Shown here: positions 47,067-59,997 of the stretch, piece by piece | Position numbering within the stretch: the stretch's first letter is position 1 | Layout: the number at the start of each line of letters is the position of its first letter | Assembly (NCBI GenBank): GCA_000002445.1 | Contig: CH464492.1 | Span: forward strand, 32,001-96,000 | Reading direction: 5' to 3' | Length of the DNA stretch: 64,000 nucleotides | From: Trypanosoma brucei | Lineage: Eukaryota | The notes under the pieces: generated by a model | The model's input: only the letters and a program-made list of their open reading frames with translations | Database searches by the model: none | Told to the model about the DNA's origin: nothing | Program-made: the position numbers and the translations under genes

Positions 47067-48522
47067 ATGTTAATAACAGCCTGGAGGCAGGCAGCCAAGG
47101 AAGCACCCACGAAAATGAGGAACATCTTGCACCACCCTGGAGTTATAAAACTTCTAACGGTACTGGCAACGGCGCATGTGCAAGCCAAAACCAACGACAA
47201 AGGGGCGGCGGCTGTAGACGATTCGTGCAAGGAGTTAACACATGACAAAGCACTAAAATCACACATACAGAAGCAGACTGCTAATGCAAGAGCTGACTTT
47301 GAGAAGCTGCACAGACAGCACCTGGCGTGGCAAACGGCAGAAACAGCAGAACAAAACGCCGAAAGAAGATGCTTGTTCATGGCACTTGCAGCTAAGGCAG
47401 AGGAGATGGAAGAAAAAGCACCGCTACACAGCAAAGGCCAAGATTTGACAATAAACGAAGCTGTAAGTCTCCTAGATCATCAACTTTGTGTACTTCAGGC
47501 CCTAACGGTAGCGGCCAAAGCAATGCCAGCAGAAGACACAGGGAAGCACTCAAAAACAAGCGACATGGCCGTAAACATCAAACTTAAATTAGCAACAGGA
47601 GTAACTTCGGTCTGCATCGTTGTAAATAATGTGAAAACGCTGTGGTCACCATTAGTGGAACACGAGTGGACGAAACTTTTTAAATTGAAAATAACGACGC
47701 CAGAATAATTTCTAAAAAAGTTCAACAAGTCGGCTGTAACGCTAAGCAGCCTAGGAAAATGCACACAACACGACAGAAACAACTTCAACTTCTCCAACTC
47801 TATTCAAAGGTGCGTTCAAACAAGCACAATGGCAAAAATAAGTTTTAAAGACTTACGAAAAACGACATCTTACACAGCCACCGGCGTGGACCTCAGGACA
47901 GGCGACAGGTACACAGGTGTTTGAATACAAGAAATAGCCAAAACCGTTGAAAACACGGCTTACGAGGCGAAGCTTGGATATTTCGTCTGTAGGGCACTAG
48001 ACACAATGAAAAATAAACCCGATAAGCTTGAAGACCTAAGCGGCAGCAACCTAAAAAGCGACGGCATAGTCAAGCTCACACTTAGAAACTGCCTTCCACA
48101 ATTCCAACATATAGCCGACACGACAGATAGCGAAAAGAGCAAACAAATTGAAGATTACATTGAACAGACGTTCCATAAAAACAGAAATGACTTCAAAACC
48201 AACTTCATGGATATCCTCAACAAGGATAGTCACACGAGCCGCAGTGAGAAAAGTTCGGCACAAAAATAAATAACAGGAATAAGTAACGCCCAGGAGCGGA
48301 CAGCAATCATAAGTCATGCCGAATGGATAAGGAACGCCAAAGTACTAGAAGCAGAAAAGAAGGTCGCAACCGCAGCAGCAGCTGATTCCAAAAAAACAGA
48401 AGAAAAGTGCCAAGATAAAGTGACCACAACAACAGGGACAGATAGTACAACAAACACCACAGTAAGCAATTCTTTTGTTATCAATAAAGCTCCTCTTTGG
48501 CTTGCATTTTTTCTTCTATGAT
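47067..48522 (+). pseudogene. VSG: VSG or VSG-related pseudogene with a 17-aa-type GPI signal; multiple frame breaks
   Basis: ORF 47067-47708 has a signal-like start and an alpha-helical N-region. The end reads …TTTTGTDSTTNTTVSNSFVINKAPLWLAFFLL* by hand translation (stop at 48520-48522). Confidence 0.6.
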
Positions 48523-48619
48523 TAAATTTTTGAAAAACGTTTTGCTCAATTTTGTGAAATTTTTGAAATTTTTCTAAAATATGATATTCTTTTCACAGTT
48601 TTTCTCATATCTCTACAAA

Positions 48620-51600
48620 TACTCGGTGGCGCCTGCCGCCTCATCGTGGTTCCAGGGTTTATTGCTCCATCCAGAAGGAAGCCAATCGCCCGCATTATAC
48701 CTGGTCCGACAGGATTTGGGAGGGCAACAGGTTTTTGGCGACCAGAGAAAGAGCAAGCAGCAGCATCAGCACTCTGGGCTGAAGAAATATATTAGACTGT
48801 TCTTCTGCACGTCAGAGCATACCCCGATTGGGATACGTAGGCTTATACTACTTAAGGGAGATGTAGAACAGAATCCCGGCCCCGTTATTCGTGGAGCCAA
48901 ATGGAATGCTGTGGCGTTACCTCATGTAAAACGACTTGACTTGGAGAGGCGGCTTCAAGAGGACCACGTTGTATTCTGTTTATTGTGGGAGATTTACTCG
49001 GCTTCAGCGGGATCACCGCGCTTAAAATAAGAGAATACCAGCATGTAGCGTTGGAGAGAATTATGCACGGGGTTGTGGTGTAAATTCTAGTGCGAGATGA
49101 AATGGAGTGGGGAAAGGGGACATATGAAAAAAGGAGTGCTAGAAAGAGTGACAGCAACGCTGAGATTTTTGGCTGATGTGAATTTGGCAGTCACTTCAGC
49201 TTATTTTCTTAGAAAATCAGTAGTTTTTAACACAGCGTTGGAACAATTAGCGATAGAAAGATGGCTTCTATTATAAGGGGCTGATGCCAACTCGCATCAT
49301 GTGTTGTGGGACCCACTATGGCCTCAAAACCTTCCCCAACTTTATACATGTGGAATAAAGCGCGTTGGAGTGACTTCCGAGCGGTCGGTAATAAGTTCAT
49401 TTTCAACAAGACTTAAAAGAAAAATAGAAAGTGCGGATGCGCTAAATGAAGCCATCGCGAGATGCAAAAGACAAGCAGCCAAGAAAAACATACCAAAAGG
49501 TAAGGGTGTAGCACCGTCGTTCTCGATAATAGAGTTGATGAAACTCTCCAAGAAAATACAAAAGTATCGTAATGAACGTAGGAGAGATGCGCTGATTAGA
49601 TAGTGAAGAAAAGTACTTGCGGACATGGCTCTTCAAAGATGGAAGGAAAATGTACTCAAGTTGGAGGCACAAAACCGCTCAGCTGGAATATCGTAAAGTC
49701 TATTTACGTCCAGCGTAGTTTTGCATCGCCAGTAATGGTAGTGGATGGACATTCATTGACTAAGCGCCAGCAGACACACAAACTAGAAAGGATGTACATG
49801 GAGCGTTTAACAAAGGCACTAAGAGCACCAGATATGCAAATTCCGACCGCCAGGAAAAGGACTTTCACACCAACTACAGAAGCCGAACTGGAAACTGCAG
49901 TAAAAGAGCTCTCCTCTGTAACTGCTTCGGAATACTACGAAATTCATTGCGAAGAATTCAGACAGCTTGGAACGATTGGTCAAAGAGCTGTTGAGACTAT
50001 TTAACTGCAGTGTGAAAAACAGTTAACTTCCAAAAAAATGGAAACCTTTTATGATTATTCCGCTGCTAAACCATAATAAACATGAGGCAAGCATGGCGTC
50101 ATTCAGACCAGTGACCCTCAAAAAATCCGTAACACATGGAGTAACAGTAGAAAAAAGCAGCGAAAGTATTCATAGATCATGATAGAGCTTTTGACTCTGT
50201 GGATAACGGATGTATAACCAAGGCATTACACGAAATTGGATTGGAGTCGCACCTGTTTGCCTGGATAGTGCAGCTTTTATAAAGTAAGGACTGCACGAGT
50301 AAGAGTCGACAACACGAAGTCAGAAAAAATACAGCTGACATGCGGCATCTTCCAAGGCTCAGTGCTAGTTTTACTTCTGCTTATTATAGAAGTAACATAC
50401 ACTCGCTAAGTTCAATAATGAAAATGATTCCAGAATTCGCACACGGATTCTACGCTGATGACCTTACAATAATATGTACACCCAATAACATCATCGAGAT
50501 ACAGAAACAGTACAGATAGGACTTAATTGCACAGAGAAGTTGTCAGCGTTGCACTTCATGGATATGTCAGTGATAAAGGGGAGTATACGCTATTTGTATC
50601 AAGGGACACAAACCGGATAAGGCTAAAAGTAGGGGGAAGCTTTAAAGGAAAATAGAACGCTAAAGCTACTGGGATTGACAATACAGCCACATAAAGGACG
50701 AAGTAAGCAAACATCCACACTTCCTATAAACAGCAGAAAACATGTGACTAATGAAGCTTAGGCCAGTTGACATCGCCCCTGTAGAGAAATAATAAGAGCA
50801 TTCTGTTTGGCTCTTGTTCAGGCAAAGTTTAGCTATAGTATAGTGTCATCGCGGTTTAATGCATCGCCATCGGATAGAGAAAAGCTGTAAAAACAGAATG
50901 CTAATGCTGCTAACATTGTGGCAAGCATACCGAAATCGGCAAACCGAACATATTCTCTTTTAGAGGCTTGTTTAAAGCCACTGAGCAACGAAGTGGCGTA
51001 CCGTAGAGTAACGGGGTACTACCTGAGATTGAAAGTCGGGGGCGCAAAGTATGCTGACGCGGAAGATAATATGTTCCAACAAGAACATCCAGTTCACATA
51101 AAAATGGTCAGGGTAAGTCATATATGCGGCGAAACAGATAAACCAGGAAAACCACAAGATGAGACCCTATTGCAAATTGCGAAGATAGTATATTTTAACA
51201 TCAAACCATCAGGAGTCTAAAAGCTAACGCAAAAGACAAAGTTAAGAAAGTACAAACAGTGAAACTGGTACAGTGTTTTAAAAACTATGACTATCAAGTG
51301 TGGTCAGATGGATCGGTAGTGTTAGATGCTTCCTCAGGGGCAAGCGCAATGATGTACTCAATCAATGGAAAGAGTGGGAAAGTACATCTGGGTTCTGTAT
51401 CGATGACCTGCAGCTATAGGGAGGATTGTGTAGCAACGGAGGCAGGTCTCAAATGGCTCGTAAAGATAATTAATGTCAACAAAATAACAATACAAAAGTA
51501 GCTATATTCACAGACTTATTGTCGCTCATAATGATACTTAAAACTGAATATGCGGTAGTAAAAGAAGCGACACTGAAACAAATACGGACACAAATTATTC

Positions 51601-52270
51601 ATATCGTGAAGCTACGAGTAGTGGGTAATTTTCATTTTGTGTTCTCACACTGCGGGGTCCCAAGAAATGAAGCAGTTGACAAAGAAGCAGAGAAAGACGA
51701 TAAAATGCTAAGGACATATCCAGCATGGATCACGGACATAGTCACATGTATAGAAAGGCAAATACATCGAGAAAGGGACAATGAATTCGAAGAGGTCCAA
51801 AAGTCACAAACAAATCGCAGTGCTCTACTCAACCATATTAAACCTACGCAGAAAATATCCAAAGTGGACAGGATGGGAAAATCATTACTAGCGCAATTTA
51901 GAATAGGTACATCGAAACAATTCGGATGGCTACATCATGTATTCACAAAAGAAAACAGTGCAAAATGAGTGTAGATAGCGTCGTCGTGACTATGTGGAAC
52001 TGGAGACAGCTGTGAATGGGAAAGCGAGAAGTACACAGAATGATAATACGGAAACACAGTCATCACAGGTAACGGTAAGACAAAATGAGCCCATAATATC
52101 CCCGTTGTGCAACGTTGTGGGTGCACGTCTTCAAGCCAGAGTAGTGCACCTTATGAAGATACACAGTTGGGAAAGAGAAAGAGCACTGACAATGATGAAG
52201 ATAGCAAAAATTGGCGGTGCAGGAATATAAAGGTAAATACGGTTGCCATGTTTGTAAAAGGGATTGTGAG
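48620..52270 (+). mobile_element. DIRE-like degenerate ingi-related retroelement in plus orientation. It has a 5' signature homolog, a canonical 2A, and APE, RT, RNase H and zinc-finger remnants.
   Basis: 5' …GGTGGCGCCTGCCGCCTCATCGTGGTTCCAGGGTTTATTGCTCCATCCAGAAGGAAGCCAA. ORF 48581-49030 reads …LLKGDVEQNPGPVIRGAKWNAVALPHVKRLDLERRL…VVFCLLWE. YADDLTIIC is at about 50450. RNase H remnants are WSDGS… (51259-51501) and …FVFSHCGVPRNEAVDKEA (51519-51968). A zinc-finger-like PLCNVVGARLQARVVHLMKIHS is at 51994-52230. Confidence 0.75.
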
Positions 52271-52300
52271 GTAAGAGGTTTACTTGTGGAGCACATGGTC

Positions 52301-55300
52301 ACAGACACAGACGCACACACACACACCCTCTACCGCAAACCTAACACGTAACTCCTTCAAACCGGGCCAGCTCATCAAGTGCGGCGACGTTTCTTCGCAG
52401 ACGCCGCGTTGGCTGGTAACAGCGCGCTCTACCTTCATACCGTGCATCTTCTTTTGATATAGGGTGAGGCCAGTTTTGCTAGCACACTGCCTTCCGCATG
52501 TCGGGTACACCAACATGGATGTGTTTGTATGCGGGGAATCAGTGGCACACGATTTCGTGCTTTTGCTGCATTTAAGCTCGATTCCCTCACCTTTGTGGAA
52601 AGCCTTACAGTGTCGGATGAGGGAGTCCCTGCAACTGAGCACTTTTTGGCACACACCACACTGCACCTCGCCTTTCCCCGGGACGTCAACGTTTCCCTCA
52701 CGGGCACGCTTACGAGGGATTTGCACCACCACCACGGTACCGTCCTCCGTCACTATGCTCTTATGTTTGAATTTCTTGTGTAGTGACAGGGAAGAGCGTG
52801 TACCAATGCTCGCCTCGCACAGGTCACATTGAAACGGCAGCTTCCGTGTATCCTGAGGGGCTGGCGCTGCTGGGGCTCTACCATCTCCTTGCAACGAGTC
52901 CTCGTTTTCTCGCCCCCTTTTCACGCGGCAACTACCGCTACCTATGCCATGTATTGTTCTAAGGTGGTGTAATAGTCGGCCTGGCACTGCGAATTTGGAG
53001 GCACAGATGGTACAATGAAGCACCTGCGGTCTCATCGGGACTCGTGTGCTCGATGGTAGAGGAACGATCGCTACCACTGGAGGGGGCTCCTGGGGGATGT
53101 CCACTGCGGGTGTTGCATCGCCGTATTTGATCCTCCGGAGGGCATCAGCTCGCACAAAGCCATGTTTGTTTACCATATGCGTTACAGCACTCGAGCGGCA
53201 TTGGTATGTGGCATCACATTCCGTATATTAGGTCGGTTCGGAGGTTCTCTGAAGAGTGCGTGTCGCAACAGTTGGGGATGTTTGTATTGTGGGTCCTATT
53301 GCTTCATGTTTCGGGTTACACCATCGGCACTGTGGAGGCACACTCGGGTTGATATTTCGCAACATCCATCCATAGTGTCTTGAAGAACCAACCCGAAAGC
53401 GTGCCAGTGCCGTTTCTTCTTTCCTCGTCAGTTCTTCATTATGTTTTGTTGGAAAGTGGTTGCCCGTGATACCAAACCTATGAGTGTTCTCATGGACTTC
53501 TTCCGACCTAAGCACTCGCTTCGCATAAGAAATGATGTCGGGGATCCATGTGTCTCGCAACTGTGGTAAATCAGCGGCCTTTTTGGCCATTCCATCGCAA
53601 ACCTCATTCCGTTTCACGCCACAATGGCCAAACACAAATTGCAGTCGAATACGCACCTTCCTTCTCTGAACTTGAAGCAGAAGCCTCCATAGTCGTCTCA
53701 GAATTGGGTCCGTTACGGCTAGGAGGCCTGTCTGCAGTGCTGTCAACATTGACAGCGAGTCAGAGAAGATGGAAAACCTGCTCGGTGTGCTTCTGTATGC
53801 CGGAAGCCATTTCAAGCAGCCGTTGCAGTCCTATCTCTAATGCTACGCATTCCACTCTGTAACTGCATGAGAGTTCCCTTGCTCCGGTCTTGGGTGCACA
53901 AATCAGCGTGTTGTTTCTATAGAGCAGGGCAGCTGCTCCGGACTTCTCACCGAGGGACACGGATCCATCAGTCCACAATTCGTAGTGCTCTCGTCGCGGT
54001 GGCTCCTTCCCCCTCCGTGCAAAATGTCGTGCAATCCACTTTTCGGAAGCCTCCCTTTTGACATCGTCAGGGTCATCAGCGCACACAGCCTTTATCTGCG
54101 TGTGAAATAGCGGTCGGCAGCTGTGGCGGAGCGTCGATGTCTCCAGTGGGTGCTCGCTCGGCTCCATGCGGAGGTGGGGGTAGGACCGTATGATGCGGGA
54201 ATGTAGGGCTCTGACTGGGTGTTTGCTGTGGTATACTTCCTCAGCACTGCGACGCAAATATCCATCTCGTGACTCACACATCAGCATGAATTTCATGATG
54301 CGCACAAGAGTGGTCGTCTTGAGTGGCAGGAGGTTTGCTTCCAGCAGAGAGTCCTCTTTGCGCGTCCCATGCGGTATGCCAGCTATGATTAGACTAGCCT
54401 TGTGTTGTGCTGCTGCAAGGAGGTCGCGACTTCGGTTCTAAGCGTCCCAGTACCATACCTCAATGCCATACATGGTGTGTGCCTGTACGAGTGCTAGATA
54501 AAAAGCTCTCAGTACTTGTCGTCTTGGCCCCCATGTAGAAGCTGAGATGGCTGCTATCTGCAGTAGTAGGAAGTCCATCTTGCGTCTCGTTTCGGCCGCA
54601 TGTGTTGCCATCCCTTGCAGACACTGGAATGTTACTCCAAGAAGCTTCAGTGTCCTGTCAGCTCCTATTCTTTCGCCGTCCAGTTGTAATGTAAGGGGGT
54701 GGCGCCCTATACACCCGAAGAGTGTGCACTTTGTTTTCGCTATATTGACAGACATGAAGTACTCTTGTGACCATTGTAACACCACGTTTAGACCGCATTG
54801 TAGCGTGTGGTTGATGACATCCCTCTCTGTGTGCCTCGCAAGTAGCGTTAGGTCGTCTGCAAAGAATCCGTGCTGCAGTAACGGCACTTCGACAAGGCGT
54901 TGGCTCAACGAGTTCATGACAATAATGAACATGATTGTGCCAAGGACAGTTCCTTGTGGCACTCCTCGCTCAAATGTTCTGCTGCTGGAAAGCTTCTCCT
55001 TGAATCTCACTCTGCCAGTTCAGTTACTCAGAAATGATACGAACCACTTCACAATGTGGGGTGATACCTTCATTCTGTGCATTTCCCTCGCAATTTTGTC
55101 GTGGTCCACTGTATCAAATGCCTTCTCGTAGTCGACGAATACAGCACCCGTACGATATTGGTGCGTGGGACGGCAGAGGGCAGCGCGGACGTGCAGGAGT
55201 TGTTCGAGCGTTGAGCATCCGGGGCGAAAGCCTGATTGCTGCGGCGTCAGCTGGGACTCAACAGTGTCTCTAAGTCTCGCGGCAATTATGCGCTCCATGA

Positions 55301-57049
55301 CTTTGCAGAGACAGCTCGTGAGCGTCACAGGCCTGTAAGAATCGAGGTCCTCCCACTTTTTTCCGGCCTTCAGGATGGGGATGATAACACCAGTCTTCCA
55401 TGCAGGCGGCACGACTCCCGTTCGTAGGCTCTCATTGAATAGCCTCAGAACAAAACTCAGCGCTGTTCTACCGAGATGTTGCAGTGCCTCGTTGTATAAG
55501 CAATCAGGTCCGGGTGCGGATCCACTCGGAAGCAGTTTGATCGATCTCCGTAGTTCAGCCATCGTGATGGGACTGAACTCACTCGCTATCGTCTTTATTG
55601 GTGCCGGTGGGTGTGAGTCGGGGTGCCTTCTTGCGCGGGACGAGTACAGTTTACTGAACCTCTCAGCTTGACGGTAGTCCGTGATGGCCGCGTTATCAAC
55701 AAGTACCGCCGGTGTGGTTAGTGGTCGTGGCGCATATACCTTCTTGACAATGTGCCAACTGCAGCGGTCTGACACCGCAAGTCTGGAGCATAGCGTGCTC
55801 CATCTCTTCTTTGTGGTACGGTCCAGAATCTGCTTACGCGTGGCTACCAACTTTTCCCTTCGGTGGGAGGGTCCGCATCCAGCGATCTCTTCATCGAGTT
55901 TCGCGAGCTCAGGTGTCCAATGTGGTGGCGTTGCTCTGCAGCCATAGAGCACGGAGACCTTCGTCGCAATGCGGATGGCGGAGCTCAATTTCTGTTCCAG
56001 GGTGTTGACGTTCTTCTCTCTACCAATTTTCCTGCAGAGCTCGTCAACCTTGAGACGGAAATTCCTCCAGTCAGCTTTTAGCCATGCGTACATGGGCTTT
56101 CGAAGCCGCGGGCAACTCAGTGCATCTGTGCCGTCTCCAACGATAACGTCGAAAAATATGTGATGGTGATCGCTATCGGGAGAATACAGCGATGTCCACG
56201 TGTACACTGTGCAATTCCTTGACAGTGTCACATCAGGGGTGGACTCCCCGTGGTGGCGTGCGTACCTGGTGCACTCACCAGTGTTGCAGACCAGAAACTG
56301 GTTGTCAATGCACCACTGTGTGAGGGTTTCACCCTTGGTATTTGGTGGGCTCGCGCGATCCCATGCCAACGCGTGTGCGTTAGCGTCTGCACCGATGAGC
56401 TGGGCACCGTCAGTCGTCAGAAGCGTATCTAGGTCAGTTGCCGTGAAGGTGTGTTTTGGTGGGATGTATGCCGACGTGACAGTCAGCGCCGTTCCACGTG
56501 CAAGGTGAATTGTTGCATGCACTTGTTCAATGCGACCAACAACGGTCATACCAGTCTCGACTAGCAGGTTCTCCATCACTAGTATTGATACACCACCTCC
56601 TTTGCAGTTACGAGCTATTCTGTGATGTCGGTAGCCAGCAACGCTAAAGCAAACCACCTCTCCAGGCGTCATCCTTGTCTCGCTCAACAGACAAAAGACA
56701 ATCCGCTCATCAACAAGGGTTTTGTGAAGTGCTAATCTCTTTCCTTGAGATAGCCAGGCGCAGTTCCACTGCATCCCGCGAAACAACTAGACGGGATTCT
56801 CTTCCACATCACCGGACAGCAGCATGTTAGTGCGTATGATACTGCTGATGACACGCTGGCACGTGGCCAGGGACCGACAAATGAAAAACGGTGTCCCAGC
56901 AAGACGCTGCTGATCCCTGTGCTGTATGATGCCGTAGCCGGAGCACAGCAGTGTTCCCCATGAAAGGAAAGCTGCTGGCTCTTCGCTTCCCCCGATGATA
57001 CGGGGTACTGGACCCTGGCAACACGTTGAGGTGGCCGGCATCTCCGGGG
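52301..57049 (-). mobile_element. ingi retrotransposon copy 3, about 4.75 kb. Its longest ORF is 588 aa (RT plus APE), and the 2A-like motif is interrupted (DVEENPV*).
   Basis: 5' signature at 56985-57049. ORFs 56787-57041 (N-terminus), 55020-56786, 54438-55010, 53760-54305, 53228-53815 (RNase H) and 52280-53176 (C2H2 fingers). The 3' boundary is a (CA)n run, as in copy 2. Confidence 0.9.
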
Positions 57050-57236
57050 ACTACCATAGTACGTTACCCTTATAGGCGACTATTAAACATGTTCTGCTAA
57101 AATTTTATTTTTTATAGCTTTTAAAAATGTTACAATCCCTCAATGGCTTTACACAATTTTAAAATATAAGAATTATTAATAATTTTTTGATAAACGTTAT
57201 AAATTTAAGAAAAAATTCTTTGAAAGTTAAAATTCT

Positions 57237-58961
57237 TCAAAACTCACAAAATAAGCTGCAGTAGAAGCAAATTTCTTTTTGCAATAAAACTGGAATAGCG
57301 GTATCTTTTTGAATCCTTGTCATATTCACATTCTTTACCCTTCCTCCATGCACAATTTTGCTTGTCACCTGTTTTGTCACTTTCACAATCAGGCTGATTT
57401 TTGTGCCTTGCACATCCAGATGTTGTTGCTCCCCCTTTTGTTGTTCCTCCTGTTCCTGCTGCTGTGTTTTCTTTTCCAGGTTTAGGCTTGCATTCCTTTT
57501 TAGTTTTCTCATATTCGCATCCGTTGTTTTTGCAATCTGTTTTATTTTTGTTGAACATAGCGCATTTATTATGTTCTTCTACTGTGGGTTCTTTGACTCC
57601 CCCTGCTGGTGTGTTGGCACCTTGCGGTGACATTTACATATCTGCCGCAAGCAAAAAAGCCTCCATTTGTGTAGCAATTGTTTCTGCTTTGGTTACCTCG
57701 GCTGCAGCTGCCTGTGCTTCGTTACTGATTTGTGCTAACTTTTTTTGAGCATCCTGGAGCGCTTTGATCCATGCTATATGCTGTCCAGGTTTGAGTAAAT
57801 CAGCGTAGTCTATGCAAATCCCTTTGTTTGCGGTCGTTAAGTCGGAGCCGCCTGCTTTATCGCACTTAGTTTGTGCTGTACCGGCCACATTGTACGCGCC
57901 GAATAAAGATCGGTGCTTTCCCGCCTGTGCGCTGCTGCATTTCCCAGTTCTGCCTGAGGAATCCAGTTAGTTCCCAGGTCGGCGTGAAACGTCGAAATTG
58001 CTGCGGCTATGTTTGCTGTTGTTAGTTCTGTCCCTGTTGTGTGTGTTGCCGAGTCGCATGCTTTTGTTAGAGTCTTAAAAGCCGCCGCTGCCGCCCCCTG
58101 ATTGCCGGCGCCGCCGCTGAAGTCGCCCGTCACCGGTTGGGCCGTCCCGCACGTGTTGTCTTGAGCTGAGTGTGAGATGACACACAGACAGACCAAGTCC
58201 GTGGCCAGTGCTGCTCCCGGTTTGCCGGCGTTGTTTGATGCTTTCGCACATGTCGCCGCTCTTGTGCTGCTGTCGTCCCACGGGAATTGAGTGGCTGGGA
58301 GCGCCGTAAGCAACGCGTTTGGGTCAGTGAGCGCGTTTATTGTCGGTGCCGCAGCTTTTCCGTATAGTGCTGTTAGCAGGTCTTTCCGCAGTTGCAGCCT
58401 GGTCTGTTTTATTGTAGTGTCTAATGAAGTTACGGCGCTATTGATTTCTTCCGCTTTGGTCGCCAGCTTGGTAAGTTTCGACCTGAGGATTTGTCTTTTG
58501 CCTTCACTGAGTGGGAGGCCGTACTCCGTGTTGAACGCCTTCAGTTTTGCGGAGTTGGTCTGCAGGTCGTTGTAGTCTTTGATCATGGTGTCGAGTAGTT
58601 TGTTGTCTATTCCGGCAAAAAGGTTTTTGACTGGACTGCTCTCTGCCTGCAATTTGGCTGCTGTTCCGTACTTTTCCTTTGCTTTTAGAGCCTCAGTCAT
58701 TTGGGGCTCTGCCGCCGTTAAATTGAGGTTGACAATCTTTGCTAGGATTGTCTTCATTCGCTCCTTGGCAGTTTCTTCTGTGGTAGCTGTGCCGATCGCC
58801 GCCATTTTTGGTTCAGGTGGAACTGCTGTCAAAAGTTTGTAAATTACACAGAGATCCCTGAACTCTTTGGCATTCTCTCCGGCGCTGTTTGCAGATCCCA
58901 CTGTGAAAATTGCGATGAGAACCAGCTTTATAAACAATTTCGCCAGTATTTGTGAGTGCAT
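57237..58961 (-). pseudogene. VSG: VSG pseudogene (signal peptide, A-type N-domain and C-domain) frameshifted into 3 ORFs; atypical GPI end
   Basis: ORFs 57837-58961 (MHSQILAKLFIKLVLIAIFTVGSANSAGENAKEFRDLCV…LVCLCVISHSAQDNTCG…), 57634-57888 and 57244-57633 (…CEYEKTKKECKP…YSSFIAKRNLLLLQLIL). Confidence 0.8.
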
Positions 58962-59924
58962 TTTGCTGCTTGCATGAAAGAAAATTGTGGGAAGTTAAAA
59001 ATACACAACTTCTGCGTAACATATGAGGTGAAACGAATTGTTTCTAGCTTCAGTTTCTGTGATATTGAAGAGGTCTTAAAAACAGCACTCAGTTAAGCAA
59101 AATAATCTTCTATTTTTGAATCTAACCTACAGTATTCTATATCTATATCTAAGGAGTATATAATATATGTGTTGCAATAGCTTCTATCATATGGTAGTCT
59201 TCAGACCGTCTTTTGACTCAGAATGACCAGGTAACGTCGCTGCTTCTCTGAGAAACTGTCGAGCTTCTGCTTTTGTCCCACGCCATTGGTGACTGCATTA
59301 AGCCACCGTTTAACACACGGTAATTTGGGTCATGAAAGCTCTTTTTTGCTTCTCTCTTTGCTTATTCGTGATTCTAACAGCGGCTCTGCAATCACCATTA
59401 TATGTGTTACTTGTTCTTTAAATGGTGTTAGTTGTTTCCCCATGCAAAGAAAGGCGAGGATGGAGTGCGGCTCTTCATTCACTCTAATTCACAAAGATTC
59501 TCTATTTGTTTATGTATGCTCTATCTTAATAAGTTTTCACGTTTTTTAATTTTATCTCTCCCCGACAATTCATTAGTTGTCTTAGTTGTAAAATCTTTTT
59601 CCCTATAATATAATATTGTTTTCCGCAAATTTTAAGATTATTATTATATTTAATGCGAATATGAGTTCAAAATTACCCCACAGTTACCCAATTCCTCAGT
59701 CTCCCTCTTCTTTAATCGCAGACGTATATCAGGATTCACCAATAAATTAATAACCACAGTTTCCAACATCATTTTACAAGTGGTTTCTACTGATTTTAGT
59801 AAAAATGAGAGCGGAACCACTCCAACGTCACTTTCTCATGCTCTGTAGTGTCGCATCTTCTGTGTTTTTACTCTGTACTTTATTTCTTTTTTCTCTTTTG
59901 TTAATTCTGCAGACGATGTAACAA

Positions 59925-59990
59925 CCATATTTGACATGTACAGTTAATGCTATCTCTCCCTCATTATTTTCTATATCAGCTCTTTGTATA
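59925..59990 (-). other. A copy of the conserved cassette-boundary element lying immediately after the stop of the VSG at 59998-61546, with no 70-bp repeats
   Basis: …ACCATATTTGACATGTACAGTTAATGCTATCTCTCC… resembles CCATTTGACCTGTACACTAATATTATTATCTCC. Confidence 0.45.
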
Positions 59991-59997
59991 TGATGAT

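Noticed and set aside
47067-47708. Considered calling 47067-47708 an ESAG rather than a VSG
   Set aside because: A 17-aa-type VSG GPI signal (NSFVINKAPLWLAFFLL) lies about 800 bp downstream on the same strand, and a 70-bp unit lies upstream, so a VSG-type pseudogene is the simpler reading. The N-domain assignment remains uncertain.
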